From Candidatus Latescibacterota bacterium (lineage in GTDB: Bacteria > Latescibacterota > UBA2968 > UBA8231), in assembly GCA_965197905.1 (NCBI GenBank), contig CBDAOB010000002.1, positions 1-64,000 on the forward strand: DNA of 64,000 nucleotides, read 5' to 3'. Below are positions 28,654 through 37,995 of the stretch, piece after piece. The notes below the pieces were generated by a model. The model was not told the origin of the DNA, ran no database searches, and saw nothing but the letters and a program-made list of their open reading frames with translations. Position 1 is the first letter of the stretch; the number at the start of each line of letters is the position of its first letter. Both the position numbers and the translations under genes were made by a program.

Positions 28654-29610
28654 CTACGCAAATTGCTTGTAGTCTATGTCTACAAGTGCCACTTCATTCT
28701 CGATAGCATTTTGATACCGGTTGAGAAGAATTCGTTTATGTAAAGAGATCTGACTCATGTCCCACTCTAAGAAAGCGTCGATGAACGACATCACCTCACG
28801 CAGTTTGACAAAGATTGGTAGTCTTTCAATCCACACAGAGGAGAGATCTCGGTACTCCGCGTAACCTTCTAGGAGACTCCCAACGAATGCCTCGGCGTAC
28901 CCATTGACATCCGTACCATTGAAGGAAATATCTACCGCGAAGTTGATTAGAACTCCAAGATCGTGTGCAAAGAAGTGAAGTTCACATTCATCGGTGTCAA
29001 AAAACGTGACTTGGTTGTTGTGTACGTGGATGTTGCAAGGTCCGATGTCTCCATGGATGAGACCGTAGCATCCGGCGTCTTCCTGATAGGAGCGTACGAG
29101 ATGGACGACCTCTGAGCACTTGGCCCGAGCGACACTGAACCTTTCGGGAATGCGTTGAACGTCGTAGATGTCTGCTTCATGCCAGTGTGTGCGTTGCAGA
29201 GCTGGGTACTCAATATGGAACTTCTGAGTTGCGCGGTGCATCCTTCCGATCTGCTGCCCAAGTTGCTTGAACAGATTACGATCCCACTCCGCATTCGTGG
29301 GTGGTGCACCTTCCGCCCGCTCTAGACTGACTACCAGAAACTGCTCGCCTCCCGCGCAGATTTCCTCAACTAACTCCCCGTTGACCGAAGGAACGGCTCG
29401 GACGATCCTCACGCCATCGCTTGCCAGGTAATTGATCCACGACACTTCGGTCGTCTGCTCTGCATAACTTGGCTCCTGCAGTACTCTGGCGACAAAATCT
29501 CCTCCGTCGTTCGTGTACGGGTAGAAATACTGATTGAGGCTCCGTATTTGATTGGGTTTCACATCGAATAGCTCTGAAATGCTATCGACGATCTGCTTCT
29601 GCATACTCAA
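28654..29610 (-). CDS. APH/choline-kinase-family phosphotransferase
   Basis: IGRMH, YGLIHGDI...N, FFDTDEC. Confidence 0.85.
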   Translation of the reverse strand: MSMQKQIVDSISELFDVKPNQIRSLNQYFYPYTNDGGDFVARVLQEPSYAEQTTEVSWINYLASDGVRIVRAVPSVNGELVEEICAGGEQFLVVSLERAEGAPPTNAEWDRNLFKQLGQQIGRMHRATQKFHIEYPALQRTHWHEADIYDVQRIPERFSVARAKCSEVVHLVRSYQEDAGCYGLIHGDIGPCNIHVHNNQVTFFDTDECELHFFAHDLGVLINFAVDISFNGTDVNGYAEAFVGSLLEGYAEYRDLSSVWIERLPIFVKLREVMSFIDAFLEWDMSQISLHKRILLNRYQNAIENEVALVDIDYKQFA

Positions 29611-29653
29611 ATCCAGGCTATTTAGATCTACGCCCTAGTGCTTTGGGCATTTC

Positions 29654-29738
29654 TCATAACGTTCTCGCCGTGCCCGAACCGCGAAGCGGTTGCAGCGAAG
29701 GCGCGCAGACGCCGAAGCCGGGCACGGACGTGTTAACG
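29654..29738 (-). other. attC site (family B)
   Basis: TCATAAC...GTTAACG. Confidence 0.9.
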
Positions 29739-29772
29739 GCTGTGGGCAGATCTCTCTGTTGGAGCCAACAAC

Positions 29773-30294
29773 TCAGATTGATGCGCAATACTTATCCAGC
29801 GCAGACCTGTCAGCCTCGAAACCCAATTCAGTTCGGTTCAGCTTCTCAGGGTGAGCGAGGAAGAAATGATCAATGTCGTCGTTTGCCTGCGCTTCCGTGA
29901 GATCCACGCCCTTAACGACGAAGTACGCGACCGAGGTGAAGTACTGGACATCTCTGTACAAATACGTGCTTCCGAAGGAAGTCAAATATTGGAGATCTTG
30001 TACATGGACGCCTAATTCCTCTTGCAATTCGCGGACCAGAGTGTCTTCGAGGCTCTCCCGATATTGAACGAAACCGCCAGGTAGGGCCAGCGTCCCCTTC
30101 TTAGGTTCGTTTGCCCTTCGTGTAATGACTATCCGATCCCCGCTCTCAATGATGCCAACCGCGGAGGCAAGAGGGCCATGATAGTAGACATATCCACAGG
30201 ACGTGCATGTCAGGCTGGCGTTGTCGCCTTGTTGGATTCTACTTGCTCCGCAACTTGGGCAAAACTCAAAGCCTGTCAGCTCGCGTACATCCAT
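29773..30294 (-). CDS. NUDIX hydrolase with N-terminal Zn ribbon
   Basis: FCPSCG...CTSCG; LPGGFV..RESLEDTLVRELQEELG. Confidence 0.9.
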   Translation of the reverse strand: MDVRELTGFEFCPSCGASRIQQGDNASLTCTSCGYVYYHGPLASAVGIIESGDRIVITRRANEPKKGTLALPGGFVQYRESLEDTLVRELQEELGVHVQDLQYLTSFGSTYLYRDVQYFTSVAYFVVKGVDLTEAQANDDIDHFFLAHPEKLNRTELGFEADRSALDKYCASI

Positions 30295-30327
30295 AGGACT
30301 TGCTGCCTTGGCTCAAGGTCCCATTGC

Positions 30328-30410
30328 CGTTAACGTTCTCGCCGTGCCCGAACCGCGAATGCGGTTGCGCGAAGGGCGAATGCCCGAAGCCGGGCACGGG
30401 GGTGTTAACT
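30328..30410 (-). other. attC site (family B)
   Basis: CGTTAAC...GTTAACT. Confidence 0.9.
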
Positions 30411-30434
30411 GCCGTTACCTTTATGTTCCCATTT

Positions 30435-31343
30435 CTAAATCGACATAGCTCTACGAATTTCAATGGATCGAGTTGTGTGACTACCACGTCCCAATTCCGT
30501 CTGATGGAATGGTTTGGGACGAGATCCATCTATGTCTTCAAAACCATATTCCTGGGCTAATTCACCAACAACCAAAATCTGTCCGGTCTTTTTCAGGATC
30601 TCGGGATCGGCTGCCAATGCACGTATGGCTCGCCCCGTGTACTGTGGCGACTCTGTAAAGGGCAACTTTTCTTTGAAGATGTACTTCATCACACCCTCGG
30701 TTCGCACATAGCCGGGCCAAAGCGAAATACATGCTACACCATATTCCTTAAACGCAGCTGCCATCTCAATCGCCAATTTATCTGTTGCCAACTTTGAAAC
30801 GAGATAGTAGACGTCGCCTGGGCCTTGTTGTGAACTATAATTGGAAATATTGACGATCAATCCACTACCTGTATGTATCATGAGCGGTGCGGCGTAGGTA
30901 CTGGCGACATAATGCGACCGAAGCCCTACGTTGTGTGTCGCATCCCATTGTTCGATAGGGTGTTCCCAGAATGGACCTGAGTAGTACACGTCTCTATGGG
31001 CATTTTCATACCCCGACCAAACATTGTTCACGAGGATGTCTATGTGACCTTGCTCGTCCTCAACGCGTTTGAATACGGCCTTCACCTGATCGTCTTTTCG
31101 GTGATCACACCGGCAGGGAATACCTTTTCCTCCCAAGCGCGACACTTCGCGGGCCGTGCCCGTCAGAGTCCCGGTCACAGGAACGGTCTGGTCGCCTGAT
31201 TTCATGGTGCGACCGGTGATATAGACAGTGGCGCCAGCTTCCCCCAAGGCCAATGCCACTCCTTTGCCAACGCCTCGACTGGCCCCGGTCACTACGGCGA
31301 TCTTGCCTGCTAGTGGCAGTTCGCCTGTTCGACTCTTTGGCAT
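30435..31343 (-). CDS. SDR oxidoreductase (DHRS1-like)
   Basis: TGASRGVG, VYITGR, LVNN, YLVSK, ESPQYTGR. Confidence 0.9.
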   Translation of the reverse strand: MPKSRTGELPLAGKIAVVTGASRGVGKGVALALGEAGATVYITGRTMKSGDQTVPVTGTLTGTAREVSRLGGKGIPCRCDHRKDDQVKAVFKRVEDEQGHIDILVNNVWSGYENAHRDVYYSGPFWEHPIEQWDATHNVGLRSHYVASTYAAPLMIHTGSGLIVNISNYSSQQGPGDVYYLVSKLATDKLAIEMAAAFKEYGVACISLWPGYVRTEGVMKYIFKEKLPFTESPQYTGRAIRALAADPEILKKTGQILVVGELAQEYGFEDIDGSRPKPFHQTELGRGSHTTRSIEIRRAMSI

Positions 31344-31419
31344 GATTTTGTCTCCGATTTAGCAGCGATCATGGGTGAACGGAGAAACGGAAAGATCGCA
31401 TCATACCCCACGCAATGGC

Positions 31420-31504
31420 AGTTAACGTTCTCGCCGTGCCCGAACCGCGAATGCGGTTGCGCGAAGGCGCCTCAGCGCCGAAGCCGGGCACGGACGTGTT
31501 ACCC
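31420..31504 (-). other. attC site (family B)
   Basis: AGTTAAC...GTTACCC. Confidence 0.9.
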
Positions 31505-31558
31505 GACGTGCACATCATCCCGCCAGGAAACATCTAGAGTGTTTTAAAGCGATGTCTA

Positions 31559-32722
31559 TTAGGATCTGTCGACAAGAGCCAGCGCCGCCTCAATGCTGGC
31601 GATTGCCTCACGATCCGCCTTCAATGCGTCACCGATCAATTTGCCCGCCGCGGCGCGGTCTTCCAACGTAAAACCGTTGACCTTTTCCGCGGTGCTACAG
31701 AGACCATACAATGGATTCAGCGCCTCAAGCTCAAGATCGTAGTGAACAGCCGCCGCCTCGAGTGGCTCAGCTGCTACGGGGAAAAGGGTGACGAGTTCCC
31801 TCAGGTATGCGGCTGCTGTCAAACGTCTCGCTCTCAGTATTTCCGCGTGATGATGGGAATGTCCGGGCGAAACGTCTTCCGACTCAAACGCTTCACGCCA
31901 GAGTTCGTAAGCGGCAAAACCGTAGGGGATGCTTCGCTTTCCGTTGTGTCGAATGAAGCGTTCATCAGTGTATCTGGTGCCGTTCGCGAAGGCGACCGCG
32001 TTCCGGAGTGCCGTTAATTGCGTCGCCTTCTCGTCAGCGTTGCTCGGCTGATCGTAGATCGTGACATTGAACCACTCGACGCCATCGGAGTGTCCGATGG
32101 CGTCGTAACGAACGGTGTAAGTGTCACCTACGAACGGGTGACGAATCGTGTACGTCTCCTCAGCTTGGTTGTACCCAACGATCAGGCCCCAGCAGTACGC
32201 GTGGTGTGCCGGGTGATCGCTTGCTTTCTGTTCCAGACTCATCGGCTGCCACACCATCGCCGGGACGCCCTGTTGCAAGCTCGCCCGCACGGCTTCCCTG
32301 GCTTCTCGCTTCAGTGCTGGGAGATCGATGTCGGTATCGTGCTTCGTCGCTTGGAACGTGCGAAACTGTGCCATATTGGGGAGGAAATCGAGCGCGAGCC
32401 CCCAGTCTATGTTGTCGTGCATGACTCCCTTGCCTCCCTCTACCATCTCAAAGTGGAAGGCATGTCCCATCACGCCCTGCAACCGTGCCATCGTCCATTC
32501 CGAGCGGCCGACGGTCTGCATCAGCGGGCGGAGGGAGGAGGCTAGGGTCGTCCCCGAGTGTGGTCTGGACGGGTTGACATCTACCATGACGTTCATCGCT
32601 TGGCCTCCTTCCGGCACAGCGTCGGTGTTGGTCTCCTTGGCCGAAGTTCGCTCGATGATAAGGGTTGTAAGGACGAGGGCAGCCGCGATTCGAGCCAGAT
32701 TGACCACGGTATAGTTTACCAT
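31559..32722 (-). CDS. Hypothetical protein (possible papain/BtrH-like fold)
   Basis: 387-aa ORF with RBS AAGGA; MGHAF, WGLIVGY, YGFAAYELW. Confidence 0.65.
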   Translation of the reverse strand: MVNYTVVNLARIAAALVLTTLIIERTSAKETNTDAVPEGGQAMNVMVDVNPSRPHSGTTLASSLRPLMQTVGRSEWTMARLQGVMGHAFHFEMVEGGKGVMHDNIDWGLALDFLPNMAQFRTFQATKHDTDIDLPALKREAREAVRASLQQGVPAMVWQPMSLEQKASDHPAHHAYCWGLIVGYNQAEETYTIRHPFVGDTYTVRYDAIGHSDGVEWFNVTIYDQPSNADEKATQLTALRNAVAFANGTRYTDERFIRHNGKRSIPYGFAAYELWREAFESEDVSPGHSHHHAEILRARRLTAAAYLRELVTLFPVAAEPLEAAAVHYDLELEALNPLYGLCSTAEKVNGFTLEDRAAAGKLIGDALKADREAIASIEAALALVDRS

Positions 32723-32754
32723 TTCGTCCTTCCTTTCTCTATCTGTTGCATGTC

Positions 32755-32844
32755 GGGTAACGTTATGCCTGTTGCCGAACTCGCGTAGAGAGTTGCCGAC
32801 AGGCCAAGGCGCGTATGCGCCGCAGCGGCAACAGGTTGTTAAAG
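32755..32844 (-). other. attC site (family A)
   Basis: GGGTAAC...GTTGCCG...CGGCAAC...GTTAAAG. Confidence 0.9.
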
Positions 32845-32872
32845 GACGTGGGATAGAAATTCACGGAGCAAG

Positions 32873-33748
32873 CTATCCCATTTCGCCGAGAGCGAACAAG
32901 GTAAGAGCAATCCCAAGATACCGGTCGCGAGTTTTGGCGTCTCTGGTCGTCCCAGTCGGCCAAAAACACGAATAGGCGGCGTAATCCGCTATTCTCGTAG
33001 AATCCACCTTCTTGTTCGGTCTGCTTGCTGCCGCAGATCTGATCGCTTCAGTGAAATATTCGTCACTCCATTCGCCGTATTTGGCTATGCCGCCCAAGAG
33101 ATCGCCGACATCTCTTTCAAATTGTCCCGGACCTATGCTCTCAAAGTCGGTCAGGGTGGTCTTCTCTCCGTCTAGTACGACTTGCCGTGGCGAAAGATCT
33201 CTGTGACACATGTCTGTGTATGCATCGTGGACATGGCTCTCTATGCGCGACAAGATACTTCCGCACTCCCTGGTCAGCGGAGCGAAACGAGCACACGTGT
33301 CGGTAAGCCGTTCAATATCCCGATCTCTAGTGGTCAGACCGTCTCTGATAACTCCGAAGTCGGAGTAATCTTGTTCGGCAAACCGAGTGAGTTCCTGGAT
33401 TGTCTGAAAAACTGCCTGCAACGACTTCGGTGAAACCACATCAAGCACTAGATCCGCAACGCTCTTACTACCACAATCCGACAGAATCAAATACGGAATA
33501 CCGGAAAGCTCTCCGTGAGCAATTATCTTCGCATGGTTTAGCGAGGACCGCTCAATGAGACGATATGCCTCGATTTCTCGGCGTAAACGGTACGGTCTTC
33601 GTGGATTTAGTTTTACGATATAAGTTTTGTTCTCACCGAATGCACGCCAGACAAAGTTGCTGTTCGGCGGCAAATGTTGCGCTTCGACTACACCGGAAAG
33701 GCACTTCGTACAGACGTTATCGACAACTGCCTGGTATTCTTCCAACAT
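32873..33748 (-). CDS. APH-family phosphotransferase
   Basis: YIVKL...RE, CHRDLSPRQV, LTDFES. Confidence 0.75.
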   Translation of the reverse strand: MLEEYQAVVDNVCTKCLSGVVEAQHLPPNSNFVWRAFGENKTYIVKLNPRRPYRLRREIEAYRLIERSSLNHAKIIAHGELSGIPYLILSDCGSKSVADLVLDVVSPKSLQAVFQTIQELTRFAEQDYSDFGVIRDGLTTRDRDIERLTDTCARFAPLTRECGSILSRIESHVHDAYTDMCHRDLSPRQVVLDGEKTTLTDFESIGPGQFERDVGDLLGGIAKYGEWSDEYFTEAIRSAAASRPNKKVDSTRIADYAAYSCFWPTGTTRDAKTRDRYLGIALTLFALGEMG

Positions 33749-33822
33749 TCAGAAAAGAGCGTTTGATGCCGAAAAAGTGTGATGACCCAATCTCATGTTA
33801 ATACGATCTCAATCCCATGTTC

Positions 33823-34718
33823 CTTTAACGTTTTTCGGCTTTACGACGTGGGCCTGATCCCGAATAGGGATTGGCGCGGCGGTTGCCAAAGGCAATCGCT
33901 GTGACAAAAGGCCCGTGTGCCCGTAGGGCCGAGGGGCGAATGCCCCGATGGTAGGGTCGAGAACTGGCGCGCCAGCCTTAGGGTTCGGTGGGTTCCCCAT
34001 GGCTTTCGCCATAGCCCTCAGTCCGACTCCCATCGCTACGTTTCCAGTTCCCGCCGCCTCAAACCGGACGTGCGGATCTCCCGCATCCGGCTTCCCGACG
34101 AACGTCACATCCAGGCACACGCCACAAGGACTTCACCTGGTAGTCAAGCTGCTTCCGATGCATACTAGTCTTACTGCTGGAGGCAATAGGCTCACGCCAC
34201 TCTCCAACCCTCTGCACTTCCGCAGCATGTCCGAAGTCAGGCCCCTTCCCTCCACCGGAGTTACCCGGCTTCCTCGGTACTACGCGCCTGTCCGCCACCT
34301 CATCCAGCCCAGTCTGGCCCTCGCGGGTTACCGGTTGGAGGCACTCGCTGCTTCCACCGGATGAGGCTTCCCGTGTTGCGCCACATCTCCTCTTACACAC
34401 ATGCTGTCGCCACTACCCCGGCGGAACAGCTGGGTGCGCTTGTCGCTCGACTTCCCCAGCTGCAGCGGCCTTCCCTGGTTTACGGGCAGGTCGGCTTCCG
34501 CATTACACTTTTCGAGGCCTGCTCAGCGTTTACTCACGTTACGGCCTGTGTGCTCGCCAAGTCGCCCAAGGCGACCCTCTACACCGGAGGCTTCAGCGGC
34601 TTCGTCGCCTCCACCACTGCTCCGATTGCTACCGGCTGGAGCGACCCTTGCCGGGTGGGATTCGCACCCACTGAAGATGTGCGCCTTAGCACGGCGCACC
34701 GTAAAACCGATGTTATAT
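33823..34718 (-). other. Long (147 bp net) divergent attC interrupted by intron copy 5
   Basis: CTTTAAC...CGGCTTTTACG...four hairpins...GATG|intron|CGTAAAACCG AT GTTATAT. Confidence 0.85.
33951..34699 (-). mobile_element. ORF-less group II intron, copy 5 (749 nt)
   Basis: Same sequence and ends as copy 1. Confidence 0.93.
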
Positions 34719-34848
34719 AACGTGGAACTTTCTAGAATCTCATGGCCTTAGCCCTACTTCAGATCAAAGGATAATCGCTTTTCCCAACGCCTTCCGGTCT
34801 CTAATAGGAGTGGCCAATCTTGAAATATGCGAAAATATCACGCCCGAA

Positions 34849-35196
34849 TTAAGGTGCGCCTTCCGCGAACCACTGGATCAGCTCGTTAGAATTTTTCAAA
34901 GCGAACTGCCTTTTAATCAAGCTCCCAGATCGATCAAAGAGTAATAGTTCTGACGGGTTGGCACGGTGTTCAGCGATCAGTTGGTCGCCCTCTGGGGTGC
35001 CGATTTTGGCGATGAGAAAGAAAACTTGGTCGCCAAGCCGATCGCGAGCTTTATTTATTTGTTCAGACTGGCTTACGCTAACGACAAGGCCTGGGTCGTA
35101 GACAAATACCAGCGCCGGCTTGCCGGTACCTATTTGCTCGTGGGTCATCTTAAAACCCTTAGGCATCGCCGTTAACATAAGCCCTATAACTATCAA
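34849..35196 (-). CDS. Membrane-anchored thioredoxin-fold-like hypothetical protein (true start probably further upstream)
   Basis: TM segment, GKPALVFVYDP, LLLFDRSG. Confidence 0.55.
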   Translation of the reverse strand: MIVIGLMLTAMPKGFKMTHEQIGTGKPALVFVYDPGLVVSVSQSEQINKARDRLGDQVFFLIAKIGTPEGDQLIAEHRANPSELLLFDRSGSLIKRQFALKNSNELIQWFAEGAP

Positions 35197-35467
35197 TATG
35201 GATATGGTGACACTAATAGGAACCCAAGGCTTTCGACGTGTGGAGTTGGAATTATATTCCTCGTTGATGGTAAATCCCCCTCTTTTTTGTTATCAACGTA
35301 CGGTTGCCAAAACTGTGATGTGAGCTGGCATACCTAATGCCGCTGATGGGCATATTTCAGGTCGAAAGCTCCGATTGTTTCCTCAGCTTCTGGAACAACA
35401 ATCGCAGGCGTTGCTTAATTAACTTCATGCTTGAGGATGCCTATTTAGCTGAGTTGTTTTCCATGTT

Positions 35468-35557
35468 ATATAACGTTACGCCGGTTGCCGAACTCGCGAA
35501 GCGAGTTGCCGTAGGCCAAGGCGCGGAGGCGTCGCAGCGGCAACCGCGCTGTTAGCC
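35468..35557 (-). other. attC site (family A)
   Basis: ATATAAC...GTTAGCC. Confidence 0.9.
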
Positions 35558-35563
35558 GTCGTG

Positions 35564-36781
35564 TCAGCGAAGAAGTAGCAGTTTCCGGGTTAGGTGTTTC
35601 CCTGCGCTCAAGCGATAGAAGTACACCCCACTCGCAAGTTCCACACCAGCATCGTCGAATCCGCTCCATATCAACGAATGTGCTCCTGCTGGCCAGACGC
35701 CAGATGCCAAATCAGTCACTATCTGGCCGGATATGTCGTACACGGAAAGTCGGATCCGCAGCTCCGTGGGCAACTGGAAACGGATCGAGGTGTCCGAATT
35801 GAAGGGATTCGGTACGTTCGGTGCGAGGTTAAGCCTTGGCTGTGATGTGTCCGATTCCTCGGCGACCGCCGTCACACGCTCGCCCTCTGGCACCCATAGT
35901 GGGAACTGGTCGTCGGCAGGATGATTCGTCAAATTGACCACGTTGCTACCGTCAGAACCCATTGCGATTATTTCTCTGTTGTCCCCTAGAAACCTGTCGA
36001 AGACGATTCTGGCGCCATCTGGCGACCATTGATGGTTCTCGTTTAGACCTCTGTCGGTAAGTTGGACGAGGTTCGTACCATCCGCGTCCACGACGTAAAT
36101 ATTGATTTGAGCGTCGTGGTGTCCCGAAAAGGCAATCCGGCTACCATCCGGCGACCAGCGCGGAGAGACCGAAAGGGAGGGAGGTCGCAGATCGACTAAT
36201 TGCTCAAGGTTTGCGCCATCCGCATCGATGATAAACAAGCGAATAAACCCTTGTTGGATTCGCCTGCCGAATGCTATTCGTTGGCCGTCTGGAGACCAGC
36301 TTTCATCCCCGCTCCCCGGTGAAAAGACAGGGAACAGCTCAACCAGATTTCCTCCGTCGGCGTCCATTACGAAAAGGCCGAAGTCTTCGTGATTCCTGTT
36401 GGAACGAAACATCAGTTTTGAGCCATCCGGCGCCCATATGGGAAACTGATTGATGGAATCGTCGTCAGTTAGCCTTGTGACAATGTTGCCCGACTCATCC
36501 TTGACGCGGATGTCATCTGGTGGGCCGTTCTCGAAAAAAACCATTTCCAGGATTCTTGTACCGTGAAGCCCATCTACACGAGTGTTATTTAAGCGTTGAA
36601 GAAACGCCGTGTTCTCATCGGGCGTGAGCCGAGCCAAATTGGTACCATCAGGATCCATGGCGAACCCTTCAAGTGCTTCGCCGTCGCGATTGGATAAGAA
36701 CGCTATGCTGTCCGCTGAAGAAGGTTTTGGATATGTCGCCCACGCCAAACCCGCGACTAAGAACAACGTAATCGGTCTCAT
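35564..36781 (-). CDS. Secreted TolB-like (PD40 repeat) protein with C-terminal FlgD-Ig/sorting-like domain; first cassette
   Basis: Repeated WSPDG.RIAF; NVPNPFN...ASGVYFYRL...KLLLLR. Confidence 0.88.
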   Translation of the reverse strand: MRPITLFLVAGLAWATYPKPSSADSIAFLSNRDGEALEGFAMDPDGTNLARLTPDENTAFLQRLNNTRVDGLHGTRILEMVFFENGPPDDIRVKDESGNIVTRLTDDDSINQFPIWAPDGSKLMFRSNRNHEDFGLFVMDADGGNLVELFPVFSPGSGDESWSPDGQRIAFGRRIQQGFIRLFIIDADGANLEQLVDLRPPSLSVSPRWSPDGSRIAFSGHHDAQINIYVVDADGTNLVQLTDRGLNENHQWSPDGARIVFDRFLGDNREIIAMGSDGSNVVNLTNHPADDQFPLWVPEGERVTAVAEESDTSQPRLNLAPNVPNPFNSDTSIRFQLPTELRIRLSVYDISGQIVTDLASGVWPAGAHSLIWSGFDDAGVELASGVYFYRLSAGKHLTRKLLLLR

Positions 36782-36828
36782 CGCACTGTCTCCGATCTTG
36801 GAATCGACTACCTATTAAAGGACATGAC

Positions 36829-36855
36829 GGCTAACAGGTTGTATCCGAAGTGTGT
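36829..36855 (-). other. Putative attI site
   Basis: Minus strand ACTTCGGATACAACCTG|TTAGCC; core present without any attC palindrome; lies between intI and the first cassette. Confidence 0.65.
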
Positions 36856-37153
36856 TTCTACTATTCAGACGGGCACTCCGGGTTCATGTTCATGCAGTTC
36901 CGGTTGTTGAGTATTCGGTACATAGGATGTCGACGGTGAATCTGGTCCATCCGACATCGAACCAATGTGGCTGTGTGTGAAGAACCACCGATGAGAGGAA
37001 TGCATGTCAGGGCGAGAAGGACTTGAAGCCACGTCTTTCGACGGAGGCAAAATATCGCTGCATGGCCTTCTGTGAACCGCAGGGATTACACACGTGTTTC
37101 TCGACAGGTTTGATACGCGAAATATCCATTGACTGTCGTGTCAATGTCAATGG

Positions 37154-37995
37154 TCATCTCGTCTCATCGCGATTAGGTAAATCTCCGTCTTTAAGTTTGA
37201 TGTTATCCAGTGGCGACCGAATGCGCCGAATATCTTTCTGCATCACATGGGTATAGACCATCGTCGTCTCCGGTCGCTGTCCAGATCCTCCGCTTTCAGC
37301 CGGACGACTTCGCTGACTCGTAGGCCGGCCGAGTAAGCCACCATGAGCAGGGCTCGGTGCTTGGGGTTTCTCAGAGCGTTGAATATCCGAATCACTTCAT
37401 CACGGCTCAGGACGATGGGCAACTTGCTCTCGCGACGTGGTCGGGGTATCTCCTCCACGATGGCGGGTCTGCGCAACACCCGAAGGAAGTAGAATTTGAT
37501 CGCGCTTACGACTTGATTGATGTAGGCTCGGGAGACCTGCCGCTCATCGATCAGGTAAAGGAGGTATTGGCGAATCTCCGCCTCTTCCACGTGGCGCGGA
37601 TCCTGTTGCAGAAATCGTTGGAAGCGAAGCAGATGATTGCGATAGGACTTCTGCGTGGGCGGACTATAACCTCTGAGTCTGAGTTCCTGGTCTATCGGCT
37701 TGAGGAAGGCCTCTTCTGTGGGCGAAAGTACGGTGCGACGACTCTTCCGAGCTGCCGCGCGGGAATGTGGGTTTCGGATTTGACGTTCCTTGAATAGCTG
37801 CTGCAGACGCTCGATGGTCTCCTCCGTATGCGGTACACTCCAGCACTTCTCCTGAGGATGCCATCGGTAACCTGGTACCTTCTTGATCTTGCTGACCTTG
37901 TCGGGGTGATACGAGAAAGATACTCTGAGCCGTCCGGATGGAGCTTGATCTATTGATGCGCTACGGAATCCACCAGATGTCGAATGGCATGAATC
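37154..37995 (-). pseudogene. intI: Integron integrase pseudogene (internal deletion of most of the catalytic domain, no in-frame start)
   Basis: LRGYSPPTQKSY, AIKFYF, KLPIVLSRDEV, YSAGLRVSE, DLDSDR joined out of frame to ETTMVYTHV...IRSPLD. Confidence 0.88.

Larger units (their letters stand above)
3326..36855 (-). mobile_element. Integron gene-cassette array, 31 cassettes, top strand = minus
   Basis: Single genes alternating with YAAC...GTT palindromic sites; the two ends of each cassette are complementary (e.g. GTTATAGGCC 3392 / GGCCTATAAC 5228; GTTAGCCGTC 35551 / GACGGCTAAC 36826); intI remnant at right end. Confidence 0.95.

Noticed and set aside
5231..35557. Regular palindromic repeats as CRISPR array or REP/tRNA-like elements
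   Set aside because: Spacers are whole genes, repeats have GTT/AAC cores with cassette-specific complementary ends, and no cas genes are present; these are attC sites
37120..37152. Tandem TTGACA after intI as the Pc promoter
   Set aside because: Position and strand fit, but no convincing -10 at 16-18 nt; it is part of an inverted repeat CATTGAC-N6-GTCAATG of unknown role
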